Shown here: positions 35,344-44,552 of the stretch, piece after piece | How the letters are laid out: every line of letters starts with the position of its first letter | Numbering within the stretch: the first letter of the stretch is position 1 | Source: a virus | Taxonomy: Duplodnaviria; Caudoviricetes | DNA length: 47,464 nt | Strand: one strand, 5' to 3' | Virus record (IMG/VR): IMGVR_UViG_3300049919_000106 | Location: 1 to 47,464 of that record | Notes under the pieces: model-generated | Told to the model about the DNA's origin: nothing | Database searches by the model: none | Seen by the model: only the letters and a program-made list of their open reading frames with translations | Made by a program: the position numbers and the translations under genes

Positions 35344-35644
35344 TTTTTTTCTTATACGCTGCTAAACCTTTTCTGGTCGGGTAGTAAATCCAAAGTTTCA
35401 CCGTTCGACCTGTGTTTGGATTCATCTTTGATTTTGAAGACTGCACTGTTCCTAGTTTATTTTCTACAATAAACTTAGCTAACTTTTCACCGTTACCGTT
35501 TCTTACAGCATCAGTGAAAATGTAAATACCTTTTAATTTATAACCATCAAGATGGTCAAAAAAGTCCTCAATGATAATCTTTGGCCTCTCATCTATCCCA
35601 TCAAATTCTCCGATTCCGCAACAACAAGTCCCTTCCACGGTCAT
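35327..35644 (-). CDS. hypothetical protein with CCG motif heading the ligase cluster
   Basis: TCCCGIGEF...NPNTGRTVKLWIY. Confidence 0.65.
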   Translation of the reverse strand: MTVEGTCCCGIGEFDGIDERPKIIIEDFFDHLDGYKLKGIYIFTDAVRNGNGEKLAKFIVENKLGTVQSSKSKMNPNTGRTVKLWIYYPTRKGLAAYKKKIGYDV

Positions 35645-35694
35645 ATATTTTTATTCTTAACTACTAATACCTACTATATAAGCATAAAAACGAA

Positions 35695-35738
35695 AATAGT
35701 GCAAGTTTCAAAACCGTAGTTTATCCACATGCACTATT
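35695..35738. promoter_or_regulatory. inverted repeat enclosing a DnaA-box-like 9-mer, at the ligase-operon promoter region
   Basis: AATAGTGCA...TTATCCACA-TGCACTATT; TTGCAC -35-like hexamer on the minus strand. Confidence 0.45.
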
Positions 35739-35761
35739 CTGCGCTTATATATAAGGTTATT

Positions 35762-36046
35762 TTATACTCTATTCACCACAATACGTTGACCGTTCCACGG
35801 CAAACCATTTAAAAACCACTCTCCTTTTTTCTGTAATATTGACACACCAGGAATCGCATTTAATCTCTCTTTAGTGGTATTGCTAAACCATCCAGCATTA
35901 GCGATTGCGAGTAAACCATCGCTATATTTTTGCGCTATCTCATTCCCGAACAGATATAATATACCATCACGGCTTTCTGTGTTTCTTACTTTCTTATTTT
36001 CACCACGTAGAAACGCACCGACAACTTGTTCTGTTATTTTTTTCAT
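35762..36046 (-). CDS. early hypothetical protein
   Basis: LYLFGNEIA...GWFSNTTKERLN pattern seen in phage early genes. Confidence 0.75.
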   Translation of the reverse strand: MKKITEQVVGAFLRGENKKVRNTESRDGILYLFGNEIAQKYSDGLLAIANAGWFSNTTKERLNAIPGVSILQKKGEWFLNGLPWNGQRIVVNRV

Positions 36047-36145
36047 ATTTTATTTATTAATAGTATGATTTTAACATACTGTACAGTGTGCACACGCGAC
36101 TTATGCACACTGACAGAATACTACTTGAAACAGTCCCAGCTTGCA

Positions 36146-36586
36146 CTATGCCTTTTCATACACGGTTTCACCGCTAGAGAAACGTGCCACCACTTTTAAT
36201 TCTGTACCGTGTTGCTTAAGTATCTTAACAACTTTTTCGGTAATCTTTTCCACCTCCTTATCAAGTCCATGTGTACCCTTAAAATTATAACAATCGTCAC
36301 CCTCCTCAATTATATAATCTAGGTTTATTCCACTATAGTAACCATTATTAATAGTCACGTGGATAGTTTTATAAATTCTAGTCCCGTACTCCTTGGAATA
36401 CCTTGCAATGTCATAAGCCCAAACAGCATGATAATCACTATCCCACTTTGTCACCTCATAACTATCCTTGATTTTTAGTAGTTCATCGGTTAAATTGTCT
36501 TTAAAAAAGTTAAAATCCCAATCTTCCCAATCGTCTGTTTCAACTGCTACAAGTATATTTTTGGAGCTAAAATTAGAAGTACTCAT
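36146..36586 (-). CDS. early hypothetical protein
   Basis: MSTSNF...GYYSGINLD...VARFSSGETVY. Confidence 0.7.
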   Translation of the reverse strand: MSTSNFSSKNILVAVETDDWEDWDFNFFKDNLTDELLKIKDSYEVTKWDSDYHAVWAYDIARYSKEYGTRIYKTIHVTINNGYYSGINLDYIIEEGDDCYNFKGTHGLDKEVEKITEKVVKILKQHGTELKVVARFSSGETVYEKA

Positions 36587-36587
36587 A

Positions 36588-36785
36588 TTAGATACAAACA
36601 CTTATTTTTGCTACCCGACCATCACTATCAAGCCTACCATTAGCATCAAGTTTGGCCACCTTCAAGGCATGAGCTTTGCTGTTGCCATAGCCTAAACCTA
36701 GCATTTTGCCTTGGCTATCACTTATAACGGCGGTATACGCTTGACTGTTAGTATTGTATTTTACCTCAATTATTCTTTTATTCAT
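36588..36785 (-). CDS. early hypothetical protein
   Basis: 65 aa, tightly packed. Confidence 0.6.
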   Translation of the reverse strand: MNKRIIEVKYNTNSQAYTAVISDSQGKMLGLGYGNSKAHALKVAKLDANGRLDSDGRVAKISVCI

Positions 36786-36786
36786 A

Positions 36787-37026
36787 TTATTCTATTGATT
36801 TAGCCTCATATTTTTGTAATGACTCAATAATTCCTTGAAACGACAACAATAAATCCATTGCTTCCGATTCATCCCAATCCTGTACAAGTTCATCAACTTT
36901 ACAATAAAGTACTTCGGTCACTTTCCAATAATTTAAATGCTCACCATCTTCATTGACATTGGTGTAATTGTCTATGTCAAGGGTACTTTCAACCTTATCT
37001 AATTCTTTTTGTATTGAGTTAGGCAT
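36787..37026 (-). CDS. early acidic hypothetical protein
   Basis: MPNSIQKELD...; ATG at 37026. Confidence 0.6.
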   Translation of the reverse strand: MPNSIQKELDKVESTLDIDNYTNVNEDGEHLNYWKVTEVLYCKVDELVQDWDESEAMDLLLSFQGIIESLQKYEAKSIE

Positions 37027-37027
37027 A

Positions 37028-37168
37028 CTAATCAATTAATTCCCTAGTAATAAATGCTACTGCTCTGTTTAGTGCGGCCATTCTAGTAAGACCGAGTATC
37101 GCTATCCACGTGCCAGCTATTGAGCCTTGACAAACATAATTCCCATTTTCTAATCTATACAATTGCAT
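37028..37168 (-). CDS. early small protein (46 aa)
   Basis: MQLYRLENGNYVCQGSIAGTWIAILG...; packed between neighbours. Confidence 0.5.
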   Translation of the reverse strand: MQLYRLENGNYVCQGSIAGTWIAILGLTRMAALNRAVAFITRELID

Positions 37169-37322
37169 AAAAGTAGTAGGCTAGGAATAAGAAAGCCTCT
37201 ATAGATATTATGTAGGTTGGTATTAATTGTATTTCCTCATATTTATCACTCTTTGAGCAATCGACTAGCCGTTCGGCGTAAATACAGGCGGCGAACAGGG
37301 CTATAAATGATATAAGTATCAT
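37155..37322 (-). CDS. early small membrane protein (55 aa)
   Basis: MILISFIALFAACIY...AFLFLAYYFYAIV, two hydrophobic segments. Confidence 0.5.
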   Translation of the reverse strand: MILISFIALFAACIYAERLVDCSKSDKYEEIQLIPTYIISIEAFLFLAYYFYAIV

Positions 37323-37405
37323 ATAAGTTATATTTATTTATTAATCGTTCATGCTTTTAACAGCATGTATATGACTCACGGCGTACCATGAGCCATAACA
37401 TGCAA

Positions 37406-37699
37406 TTATTCCCTTTCAATAAGATAACGTGCCCCACTACACTCAACTAAAATGCTATATTGGTTCATTGCCCCTCGTAGTTCTTTCACTAGACTGTCAA
37501 CTTTCTCACGGTTCCAGTCTGTAAAAATGGTAACAATGACACTATTCTCTTTTGTACCTTGCCAGTGCCCTATCGACTCAACTATGGTATAACCATCAAA
37601 TTCACTATCCAGTACTAACTCTAACTTCTCAGTGTTCACTATTCCTGTTTGGTTATCAGCCCCAATATACAGCACCACTTTATTTTCAAAACTTATCAT
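37406..37699 (-). CDS. DUF3574-like / phage SAM-lyase-like ferredoxin-fold early protein
   Basis: LYIG...FDGYTI...GHWQGTKENS...L...NQYSILV pattern. Confidence 0.55.
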   Translation of the reverse strand: MISFENKVVLYIGADNQTGIVNTEKLELVLDSEFDGYTIVESIGHWQGTKENSVIVTIFTDWNREKVDSLVKELRGAMNQYSILVECSGARYLIERE

Positions 37700-37875
37700 A
37701 TTATATTTATTATTGTTTTAATCGCTATTGGTATAGCTTATATGAGGTACGATTGTTTTAGTGATAAAGTGGAAAGCCCACCATGCTATAAATCGTGCCC
37801 CATCAAGTTACTGGATTGTATCTCCCTAGTATGCGACTACTAGTACAATTCACTATCTCCCACCACTTATGATGA

Positions 37876-37899
37876 TACACTATACAGAATACCTTGCAA
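37876..37899 (-). promoter_or_regulatory. candidate early leftward promoter (approximate bounds)
   Basis: TTGCAA-16nt-TATCAT on the minus strand, upstream of a structured leader. Confidence 0.4.
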
Positions 37900-38315
37900 G
37901 TCTTTATACACTCTTTTAGTAGTTAGAACAGGAATCGCGCCCCAAGTCAATAGCTCATAGATATACAATACATACATAATAGTAATAACAACATACTATA
38001 GTCTCATTATGACCGTGTATAATCGCTTTTAAGCCCTTTAAAAAGATAAAAAGGTATAGACGTACCACTCATAATACTAGTACAGGCTATTAATCATTAG
38101 AGAATTGCGCCCCTTTCTGTTAACTACTATATAGAGATAACACACTATAGACTACTGATAAGTCATATACACCACTATAAGCATGCGTAAGTATGCAATA
38201 AACTAGATTCCCTCGTAAGTGTATGCCCTTGTATGTATATACCCTCGTAACTATATACCAATCCACCCCCACACTCACCTAAAGAGAATCCCACACGTTA
38301 TAGCCACATAATACA

Positions 38316-38345
38316 TTGACAACTCACCCCAATACGTGCTATAAT
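38316..38345 (+). promoter_or_regulatory. consensus sigma70 promoter
   Basis: TTGACA-18nt-(TGc)TATAAT. Confidence 0.7.
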
Positions 38346-38693
38346 ATACTCAGTACGTACTTAAAGTGCCATATAGATACCCTTAGCAAGGTTTAAATAC
38401 CAATAGCATACGCTGTATTGAAGCATGATAAGACATAAAAAGATAGCAGTACATTACAGCACACCTATATATAGGTGTATATTGCGTTATATATACCCCA
38501 CAATATGACAACACGTTTATTGACAGATAGCTAATCATGTGAAGAATACTATGCAACGATTAATGAGGACTGTCAATGCTATGATGACAACCAGGGGGTA
38601 TGGGGGACACGTTCTGCGTGTTTTTGTATATATACCCATCGACAATTTTGTAGTATTTTCTGAAATATTGTAATACATTTAAGAAGGAATATC

Positions 38694-38722
38694 TTTACAA
38701 GTCATGATGCACGTGCTATAAT
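38694..38722 (+). promoter_or_regulatory. sigma70 promoter for terminase operon
   Basis: TTTACA-17nt-(TGc)TATAAT; shares ACGTGCTATAATA with the 38316 promoter. Confidence 0.7.
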
Positions 38723-38751
38723 ACTTGTCTAACAACATAATACGACACAGG

Positions 38752-39315
38752 ATGATACACCTGACCAAACAACAAAAACGTGATTTCTTTCTCTCACTAC
38801 TCACTGATAACTTCACCGAGGCTGGCGTGAAGGTAGGACTCGGGGTAATGTACAATACACAGAACTCTATCCGCACGAACTCCTATAAACTCTATAAATC
38901 TCTCAAACCGCACGAACTAGACCTATCTGATGACGTTGTACAGGGCGTTAAACAGGCCATAGAGAAACGTAAGATCTCCCAGAAGGTTACTCCGAATGAA
39001 GGAATAGGGGGCGAAATCCTAGATCCTGAAGATTCTAAGGCTCTAGTAATAGGTGGTCGTAACAAAGCCCTTATGCTCCTACATAAGAAACTAGACCGTA
39101 TATCAGCTAATAAGAAGTCTATAGATGACCTATCCCTATCTCAACTTGCCACAACTGTTGGTATTCTTTTTGATAAGGCCCAGATAATGAAGGGTGAAGC
39201 TACAGAAAATATTGCTGTTATGGCTAAGATAGACCAGAATATGACCCCTGAGCAATCACTCGATATGCTCCTTAAGATGCGAGAACAGATGCAGGTGGAA
39301 AAACACGACAAATAA
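38752..39315 (+). CDS. putative terminase small subunit
   Basis: Helical protein directly upstream of TerL; LATTVGILFDKAQIMKGEATEN motif; ATG start chosen downstream of the promoter. Confidence 0.65.
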   Translation: MIHLTKQQKRDFFLSLLTDNFTEAGVKVGLGVMYNTQNSIRTNSYKLYKSLKPHELDLSDDVVQGVKQAIEKRKISQKVTPNEGIGGEILDPEDSKALVIGGRNKALMLLHKKLDRISANKKSIDDLSLSQLATTVGILFDKAQIMKGEATENIAVMAKIDQNMTPEQSLDMLLKMREQMQVEKHDK

Positions 39316-39316
39316 T

Positions 39317-40939
39317 ATGCCAGAAAATATAGAACAAGACGAGTACGCCCGAAGGGATAATCTCTTCCGTACCTACATGGCATCACCAGAAGTATCAGAT
39401 ATCCGTAAAAATCGGCTGCTATTACTAGATGCAGGGAACCAAAAGTTAGAAGCCCGTACAATGCTTTGGGCACTATGTCAACGTGACGAGAACCCAGCAG
39501 AAGGCTGTATCTTCTTTATAGAGAACTTTGGCTGGACATTCGATCCACGTAAATCTACTAAGCATATTCCCTTTGTACTGTTTGAGTACCAGAAGAAAGC
39601 TATAAGATACCTCGTAGACCATATAGACAATGGGCGAGACTTTCTTATTGAGAAGAGTCGAGACATGGGTGTAACCTGGATTGTTGTCTGGGTATTCCTA
39701 TGGTACTGGCTATTCCGTGACGGTGTGAACCTTCTTATGGGTTCCTATAAGGAAAAACTTGTAGATGATCGTTCAGATGACTCTTTGTTTGGTCGTCTTG
39801 ATTATGCGATTGAATCACTACCTAAATGGCTTCTACCTAAAGGATTTAAGTCACAGAAGCACCGTACTAAGTTAAAGCTGTGGAATCCTGCGAATAATAA
39901 TCAAATCTCTGGGGACACTATGAACGCAGACTTTGGCCGAGGATCTCGTAAGACTGCTGTGTTCTTTGATGAGCTTGGATCATGGGATTATGCTAAGGAT
40001 GCTTGGGAAAGTACTGGTGACGTTACTGCTTGTCGTATTGGAAACTCTACACCAAAGGGTCGTAACTTCTACTGGAAACTGCGTGAATCAGGTATTAGTG
40101 TACTAACTCTTCATTGGTCAGAACACCCACTAAAAGATGAACAATGGTATCAGTTTGAGAAGGCACGCCGTTCTGAAGAAGAAGTAGCACAGGAACTTGA
40201 TATCAGCTATAGTAAATCACAAGAAGGAAGAGTATACCCAGAGTGGGGAGAACTATCTGTTGAACATGGTAACTTCCCTTATGATGACCAACTACCACTC
40301 TACATAGGATGGGATTATGGTAAGTCAGATGGAACTGCTCTTGTATGGGCACAGCCAGTTGGCCGCAAACTTCGTATAGTTGATTCTTATTACAAGACTG
40401 GGCAGACTATTGATTACTTTATTCCTTTTGTGACTGGAGTTGTACCATCAGAGAACTATAAATACAAGCCAGATGATATAGCACTTATACAGTCTCATAA
40501 GAACTGGAAGCGTGGAATCCACTTTGGAGATCCAGCAGGTTCTCATACTACTTCTGCATCAGATGTATCTGTATTTAGTATCCTAGCCCAAGCAGGTATC
40601 CATACAAACTACAATACAAACTGGGTAGGATTTGCACCACGTAAGCGTGCTGTCAAAACACTACTAAGAGAAGGAATTGAACTAAACAAGAATACACGCA
40701 ATGACTATTTTAATATGTGTATTGAACAGGCAGCATACCCACAAGTTACTACAGAGGGTGAGAAGGTAGTCCGTTCAGAGAAACCTAAGCATGATTGGAC
40801 TTCACATCACCGTTCAGCGTTGGAATACCTTGCTCTAGGTCTTGAAGATTTTGGTAATAAGCGTATGCAGGTAAGAGATAAATTCAAACCCAAGCCACAT
40901 ACAGGAGGATTAGTAAGACGTAAAGTATCAGGGTATTAA
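39317..40939 (+). CDS. terL: terminase large subunit
   Basis: EKSRDMGVTW (Walker A), AVFFDE (Walker B), STPKG, IGWDYG nuclease, HDWTSH. Confidence 0.93.
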   Translation: MPENIEQDEYARRDNLFRTYMASPEVSDIRKNRLLLLDAGNQKLEARTMLWALCQRDENPAEGCIFFIENFGWTFDPRKSTKHIPFVLFEYQKKAIRYLVDHIDNGRDFLIEKSRDMGVTWIVVWVFLWYWLFRDGVNLLMGSYKEKLVDDRSDDSLFGRLDYAIESLPKWLLPKGFKSQKHRTKLKLWNPANNNQISGDTMNADFGRGSRKTAVFFDELGSWDYAKDAWESTGDVTACRIGNSTPKGRNFYWKLRESGISVLTLHWSEHPLKDEQWYQFEKARRSEEEVAQELDISYSKSQEGRVYPEWGELSVEHGNFPYDDQLPLYIGWDYGKSDGTALVWAQPVGRKLRIVDSYYKTGQTIDYFIPFVTGVVPSENYKYKPDDIALIQSHKNWKRGIHFGDPAGSHTTSASDVSVFSILAQAGIHTNYNTNWVGFAPRKRAVKTLLREGIELNKNTRNDYFNMCIEQAAYPQVTTEGEKVVRSEKPKHDWTSHHRSALEYLALGLEDFGNKRMQVRDKFKPKPHTGGLVRRKVSGY

Positions 40940-40940
40940 T

Positions 40941-41318
40941 ATGACCGTTACAAAAGGTTCTATTTGGTTTCAGAAGTTAGTACGAGATTGTGCAAAGATT
41001 AGTTCTCAGATACGATTTAAGCGCATTAAATATGGATTCTACCGTATCTACTGGGGCAACTCGTATCTACATGAAGTATATGCAGAGATGCCGCAATTTG
41101 GCTATGACAAGCTAGAGGATGATGTACACTTTCAAGAGAGTCGTAAATACTATGAAGAGTATGAAGACTCAGCAAAACTAACACGTATGATTAAGAATTA
41201 TGTAGAGGGCTACTTTGATTCACTAGAAAGGATAAAGACTCGTGCATACATGCTTAAAAACGATGATGAGTTCCGAGAAAATGCCAAACAAGCATACGCC
41301 CAAATGGTCGTTAAATAA
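40941..41318 (+). CDS. hypothetical protein
   Basis: 125 aa between terL and portal. Confidence 0.65.
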   Translation: MTVTKGSIWFQKLVRDCAKISSQIRFKRIKYGFYRIYWGNSYLHEVYAEMPQFGYDKLEDDVHFQESRKYYEEYEDSAKLTRMIKNYVEGYFDSLERIKTRAYMLKNDDEFRENAKQAYAQMVVK

Positions 41319-41347
41319 TTGCCAGCAGCAATTTTCTATGTTATAAT
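41319..41347 (+). promoter_or_regulatory. sigma70-type promoter for portal
   Basis: TTGCCA-17nt-(TGt)TATAAT. Confidence 0.65.
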
Positions 41348-41359
41348 TATCCTTATCTT

Positions 41360-43411
41360 ATGCAAAATAAAAAAGTAGTAGCTTTATCACAGTTGTTTTA
41401 TAGAGATGGTACAATATTTACCCCTTCTGAAAAAGAACTTGCTGTAGTTACAGACACCGTAGACTTGTTCCGAAGAGTACAATCACAGCGAGATCGTCAT
41501 TTCCAGTATTTCGATGGTCTAAATTTAATAGAATATATTGAAGATTCAGTTCGCCGTTTTAATACAAACGTAGATGAACGAGAAGATATGGAGGATTGGC
41601 AAGCAGGTGTCCATGATCCATTTACCCGTAATAAGATTATGGGTGTTCTTGGTCGTGTCCTTGAAGTCCTACCTATTGCAGAGTTTACACCAGAGGGTGA
41701 AATGAATGCACCAAAGGCTAGACTACTCACAAACCTGTATCATGCAGTAGAAGAAATAGACAACTATGAAGAACTAATGACCTGTTTCCTTTTGGAGACA
41801 ATTGTCAAAGGTACTGGTATTGGCTATGAAGATATTGAGTATCAGGAGAAAACATATCGAGATGTTAAGGGTATTGGTGATGATATAACTGTTACTTCTA
41901 ATAAAGAGATTATAACCAGGCTGTACGGGGCTATAGTGCCTTTAGAGGAGTTTTATCCGTCATCTGTATCTATTCGCCGTATTAGTGATATGCCCTACGC
42001 ATTTTGGCGTAAGGTGCTTCCTTTCTCTTCATTCATTGAACAGTTTGGACATTATCGTAAGTCACAGCTTATCTCTGGTAAGCAATCAACTACAGGAGAT
42101 GACATGCGACCATACTACTATGACTTCATGGATAACTCACTACCAGATGGTACCGTAGAACTTATCCGATACTATGACAAGATGAAGGATGAGTTTATCA
42201 TACTTGCTAATGGTGTATGGTTGAACCCAATCAATACTAAGCAAATAGCTGAAGAAGGTGTAATGTACGAAGGAGAAGAGATCTCTCCACTACCATGGAA
42301 CCATAAAGAACTTCCTTTTTGGGATGTTAAGTATGAACTATTTGGTGACTTTTTCTATGGTAAATCACTAGCTGACAAGCTCAAGACAATGCAGGATGTA
42401 CTCAATGTACTTACTAATATGCTTCTTGACCAGTCATTTCTATCAATCTTCCCACCATTACTTACAAATGGATTTGATTCAATTGAGGATGACTACATGC
42501 GCCCAGGTCGTAGAACACCAGTAGATACACAAGGTCTTCCTATTAGTCAGGCTTTCCAGATCCTACAAACCCCAACCCCATCAAATTGGCATCAGTTTAT
42601 TTTGCAATATACACGCTCAATTATGGAAGAATCATCTCTTGACAAAGTTAGTCAGGGTGTAGCTGGAGGTGGAGATCGTACTACTGCTGCTGAAATCCGT
42701 ACTGCTGCATCTGCTGTAGCTGCTACTCTACAGATGTTTGGCCGTATGGTAAACCAAGGAGCTAAACGAAAGGCTATGCTAAAGGCAGCTAATCTAATAC
42801 AATTCGGTTTCAATCCAGAAGCACCATTGGTTAAGCGTATTAGAGGTGAGGGAGCAGAGTCTGAATTTAACAAGGCATTTGCAACATTTACTCTAAATGG
42901 TGTTGTCCTTGCTAAAGGAAAGAGAGGAACTAAACTAGTTGAAATGTACAAGGATAAGGAATCAATGCCATCTCGACCACAGATAAAAGCTAGAGCAGCA
43001 GTTGAATCTGCTGAATCTGGCAATCCCGTAGAGATCGTAGCCCTTGAACCACAGTACATCCGTAACATGAAATTCAACGTAAAGATGGTTGCTAATATTA
43101 AATCAGAAAAGACTAAGGATATTGAGCAAGCTATACAACTTGAGAAGGTAAAGGTCTACAAGACTTTCTTTGACGGTATGATTAACGATGCTGAATTACT
43201 TGCTGAGACTGCTGAGAAACTTGGTGATGATCCTTCTAAGATTATTAAACCAGAGATTCTTAATCCACAACCAAAAGAAAATGCCCCAATGAATCAACAG
43301 CTATCTACAAATCCAAATGATGCAACTACAAATAATATGATGCGTTCAACTGGAGGAATGGATGCTGGTACAGCAGGAGCAGCTCAATTACAAGGAGCAA
43401 TGTTAGGCTAA
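41360..43411 (+). CDS. portal protein (P22-like)
   Basis: 683 aa; KGTGIG, ELPF...FYGKSLADKLKTMQDVLN, RTTAAEI; position after terL. Confidence 0.85.
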   Translation: MQNKKVVALSQLFYRDGTIFTPSEKELAVVTDTVDLFRRVQSQRDRHFQYFDGLNLIEYIEDSVRRFNTNVDEREDMEDWQAGVHDPFTRNKIMGVLGRVLEVLPIAEFTPEGEMNAPKARLLTNLYHAVEEIDNYEELMTCFLLETIVKGTGIGYEDIEYQEKTYRDVKGIGDDITVTSNKEIITRLYGAIVPLEEFYPSSVSIRRISDMPYAFWRKVLPFSSFIEQFGHYRKSQLISGKQSTTGDDMRPYYYDFMDNSLPDGTVELIRYYDKMKDEFIILANGVWLNPINTKQIAEEGVMYEGEEISPLPWNHKELPFWDVKYELFGDFFYGKSLADKLKTMQDVLNVLTNMLLDQSFLSIFPPLLTNGFDSIEDDYMRPGRRTPVDTQGLPISQAFQILQTPTPSNWHQFILQYTRSIMEESSLDKVSQGVAGGGDRTTAAEIRTAASAVAATLQMFGRMVNQGAKRKAMLKAANLIQFGFNPEAPLVKRIRGEGAESEFNKAFATFTLNGVVLAKGKRGTKLVEMYKDKESMPSRPQIKARAAVESAESGNPVEIVALEPQYIRNMKFNVKMVANIKSEKTKDIEQAIQLEKVKVYKTFFDGMINDAELLAETAEKLGDDPSKIIKPEILNPQPKENAPMNQQLSTNPNDATTNNMMRSTGGMDAGTAGAAQLQGAMLG

Positions 43412-43412
43412 T

Positions 43413-43766
43413 ATGTTTGATACATTAATGAAGAAGCTAGGTTATATAAAGGAATCTAGCCTTACTGAAGAGTATCTAGCTGGTCATTTTGCCAGAGAGA
43501 TAGGAGATCCTACGGATTATGAAATTACAAGATTGGATGAAAAGTCTTTCTTTGAAGATCTATCTAAGATTGATAAGGCACGAGATTTTCTTAAGGCTAC
43601 TATGGCTAAGGATATGCAGAGATACTTTGCAGCTCCAGATGAGAAGTCACGTAATGTCATTCAAGGAGCCTTTGCAAGAACAGTATATCTAGCTGGAAAA
43701 CTAAAGGAAGTACAAGCTCCAAACAAAATAACTAAAGTAGAAAAGGCAAGTAACCGCTATGCTTGA
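43413..43766 (+). CDS. hypothetical protein downstream of portal
   Basis: 117 aa helical ORF. Confidence 0.65.
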   Translation: MFDTLMKKLGYIKESSLTEEYLAGHFAREIGDPTDYEITRLDEKSFFEDLSKIDKARDFLKATMAKDMQRYFAAPDEKSRNVIQGAFARTVYLAGKLKEVQAPNKITKVEKASNRYA

Positions 43767-43792
43767 CACATACTAACAAAGTATGTTATAAT
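43763..43792 (+). promoter_or_regulatory. strong sigma70 promoter for the capsid operon
   Basis: TTGACA-18nt-(TGt)TATAAT with inverted repeat ACATACT/AGTATGT in the spacer. Confidence 0.75.
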
Positions 43793-43892
43793 TTAGCCCA
43801 GACTACTAGCGGTAGTCAAGCTCAATCTGGACACGCCCAGAAGTGGACTCAACCACTCTAAAAAGGGATTACTATATAAAAAGTGGAGCATC

Positions 43893-44534
43893 ATGGATGA
43901 AAATAATAAGCCGCAAGAAAAACTTACGGAAAGAGAAAAAGAATTAATCGAAAAGATTGCTAATCTTGAACAAGATAAAACAAACTTAGTAGGTGAAATT
44001 CAAGAAACCCGAGCACAGAAAATTGTAAGGGAAAAGGAAATAGCAGACTTAAAGAAGTCCCTCGAAACAGAAGGCAAAGAATCTGACCCAGAGGCGTTGG
44101 TAGAAAGAGTACTTAGTAAAAGAGCACAAGAATCAGCAGATAGTAATTTTGAGAAAGCGAAGTTAGCATTTAAGGAACAGGTAAAAGAGTTCTCTAAAGA
44201 TGTTGACCAGGCTGGAATCTTATTCTCTAAATTTGAGAAGGAGATGTCAAAGTTTAATTTCTCTGGCTTGAGCACACACGAAGACTTCCTCGGAAGACTT
44301 AAAGAAGTGTATGAGTTTACTAATCGTGGTAAAACACAAGACAATAAACTCGAATATTACAAAGGCTCACCAGCTAACCTCGGTACAGACCCCCATTCTA
44401 ACGATGGAGCATCTCTTACAGCAGCAGAAAGTAAACTAATCAAAGATCTTAATTGGTCTAAAGAACAGTTTATGAAAGTAAAGGTCAAACGACCAACTTA
44501 TGTTGCCCAACTTCTTAAGTACCGTTCCTCTTAA
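43893..44534 (+). CDS. capsid scaffolding protein
   Basis: Charged coiled-coil 213 aa upstream of capsid genes. Confidence 0.7.
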   Translation: MDENNKPQEKLTEREKELIEKIANLEQDKTNLVGEIQETRAQKIVREKEIADLKKSLETEGKESDPEALVERVLSKRAQESADSNFEKAKLAFKEQVKEFSKDVDQAGILFSKFEKEMSKFNFSGLSTHEDFLGRLKEVYEFTNRGKTQDNKLEYYKGSPANLGTDPHSNDGASLTAAESKLIKDLNWSKEQFMKVKVKRPTYVAQLLKYRSS

Positions 44535-44552
44535 TCAACTAAAAATTTAAAA

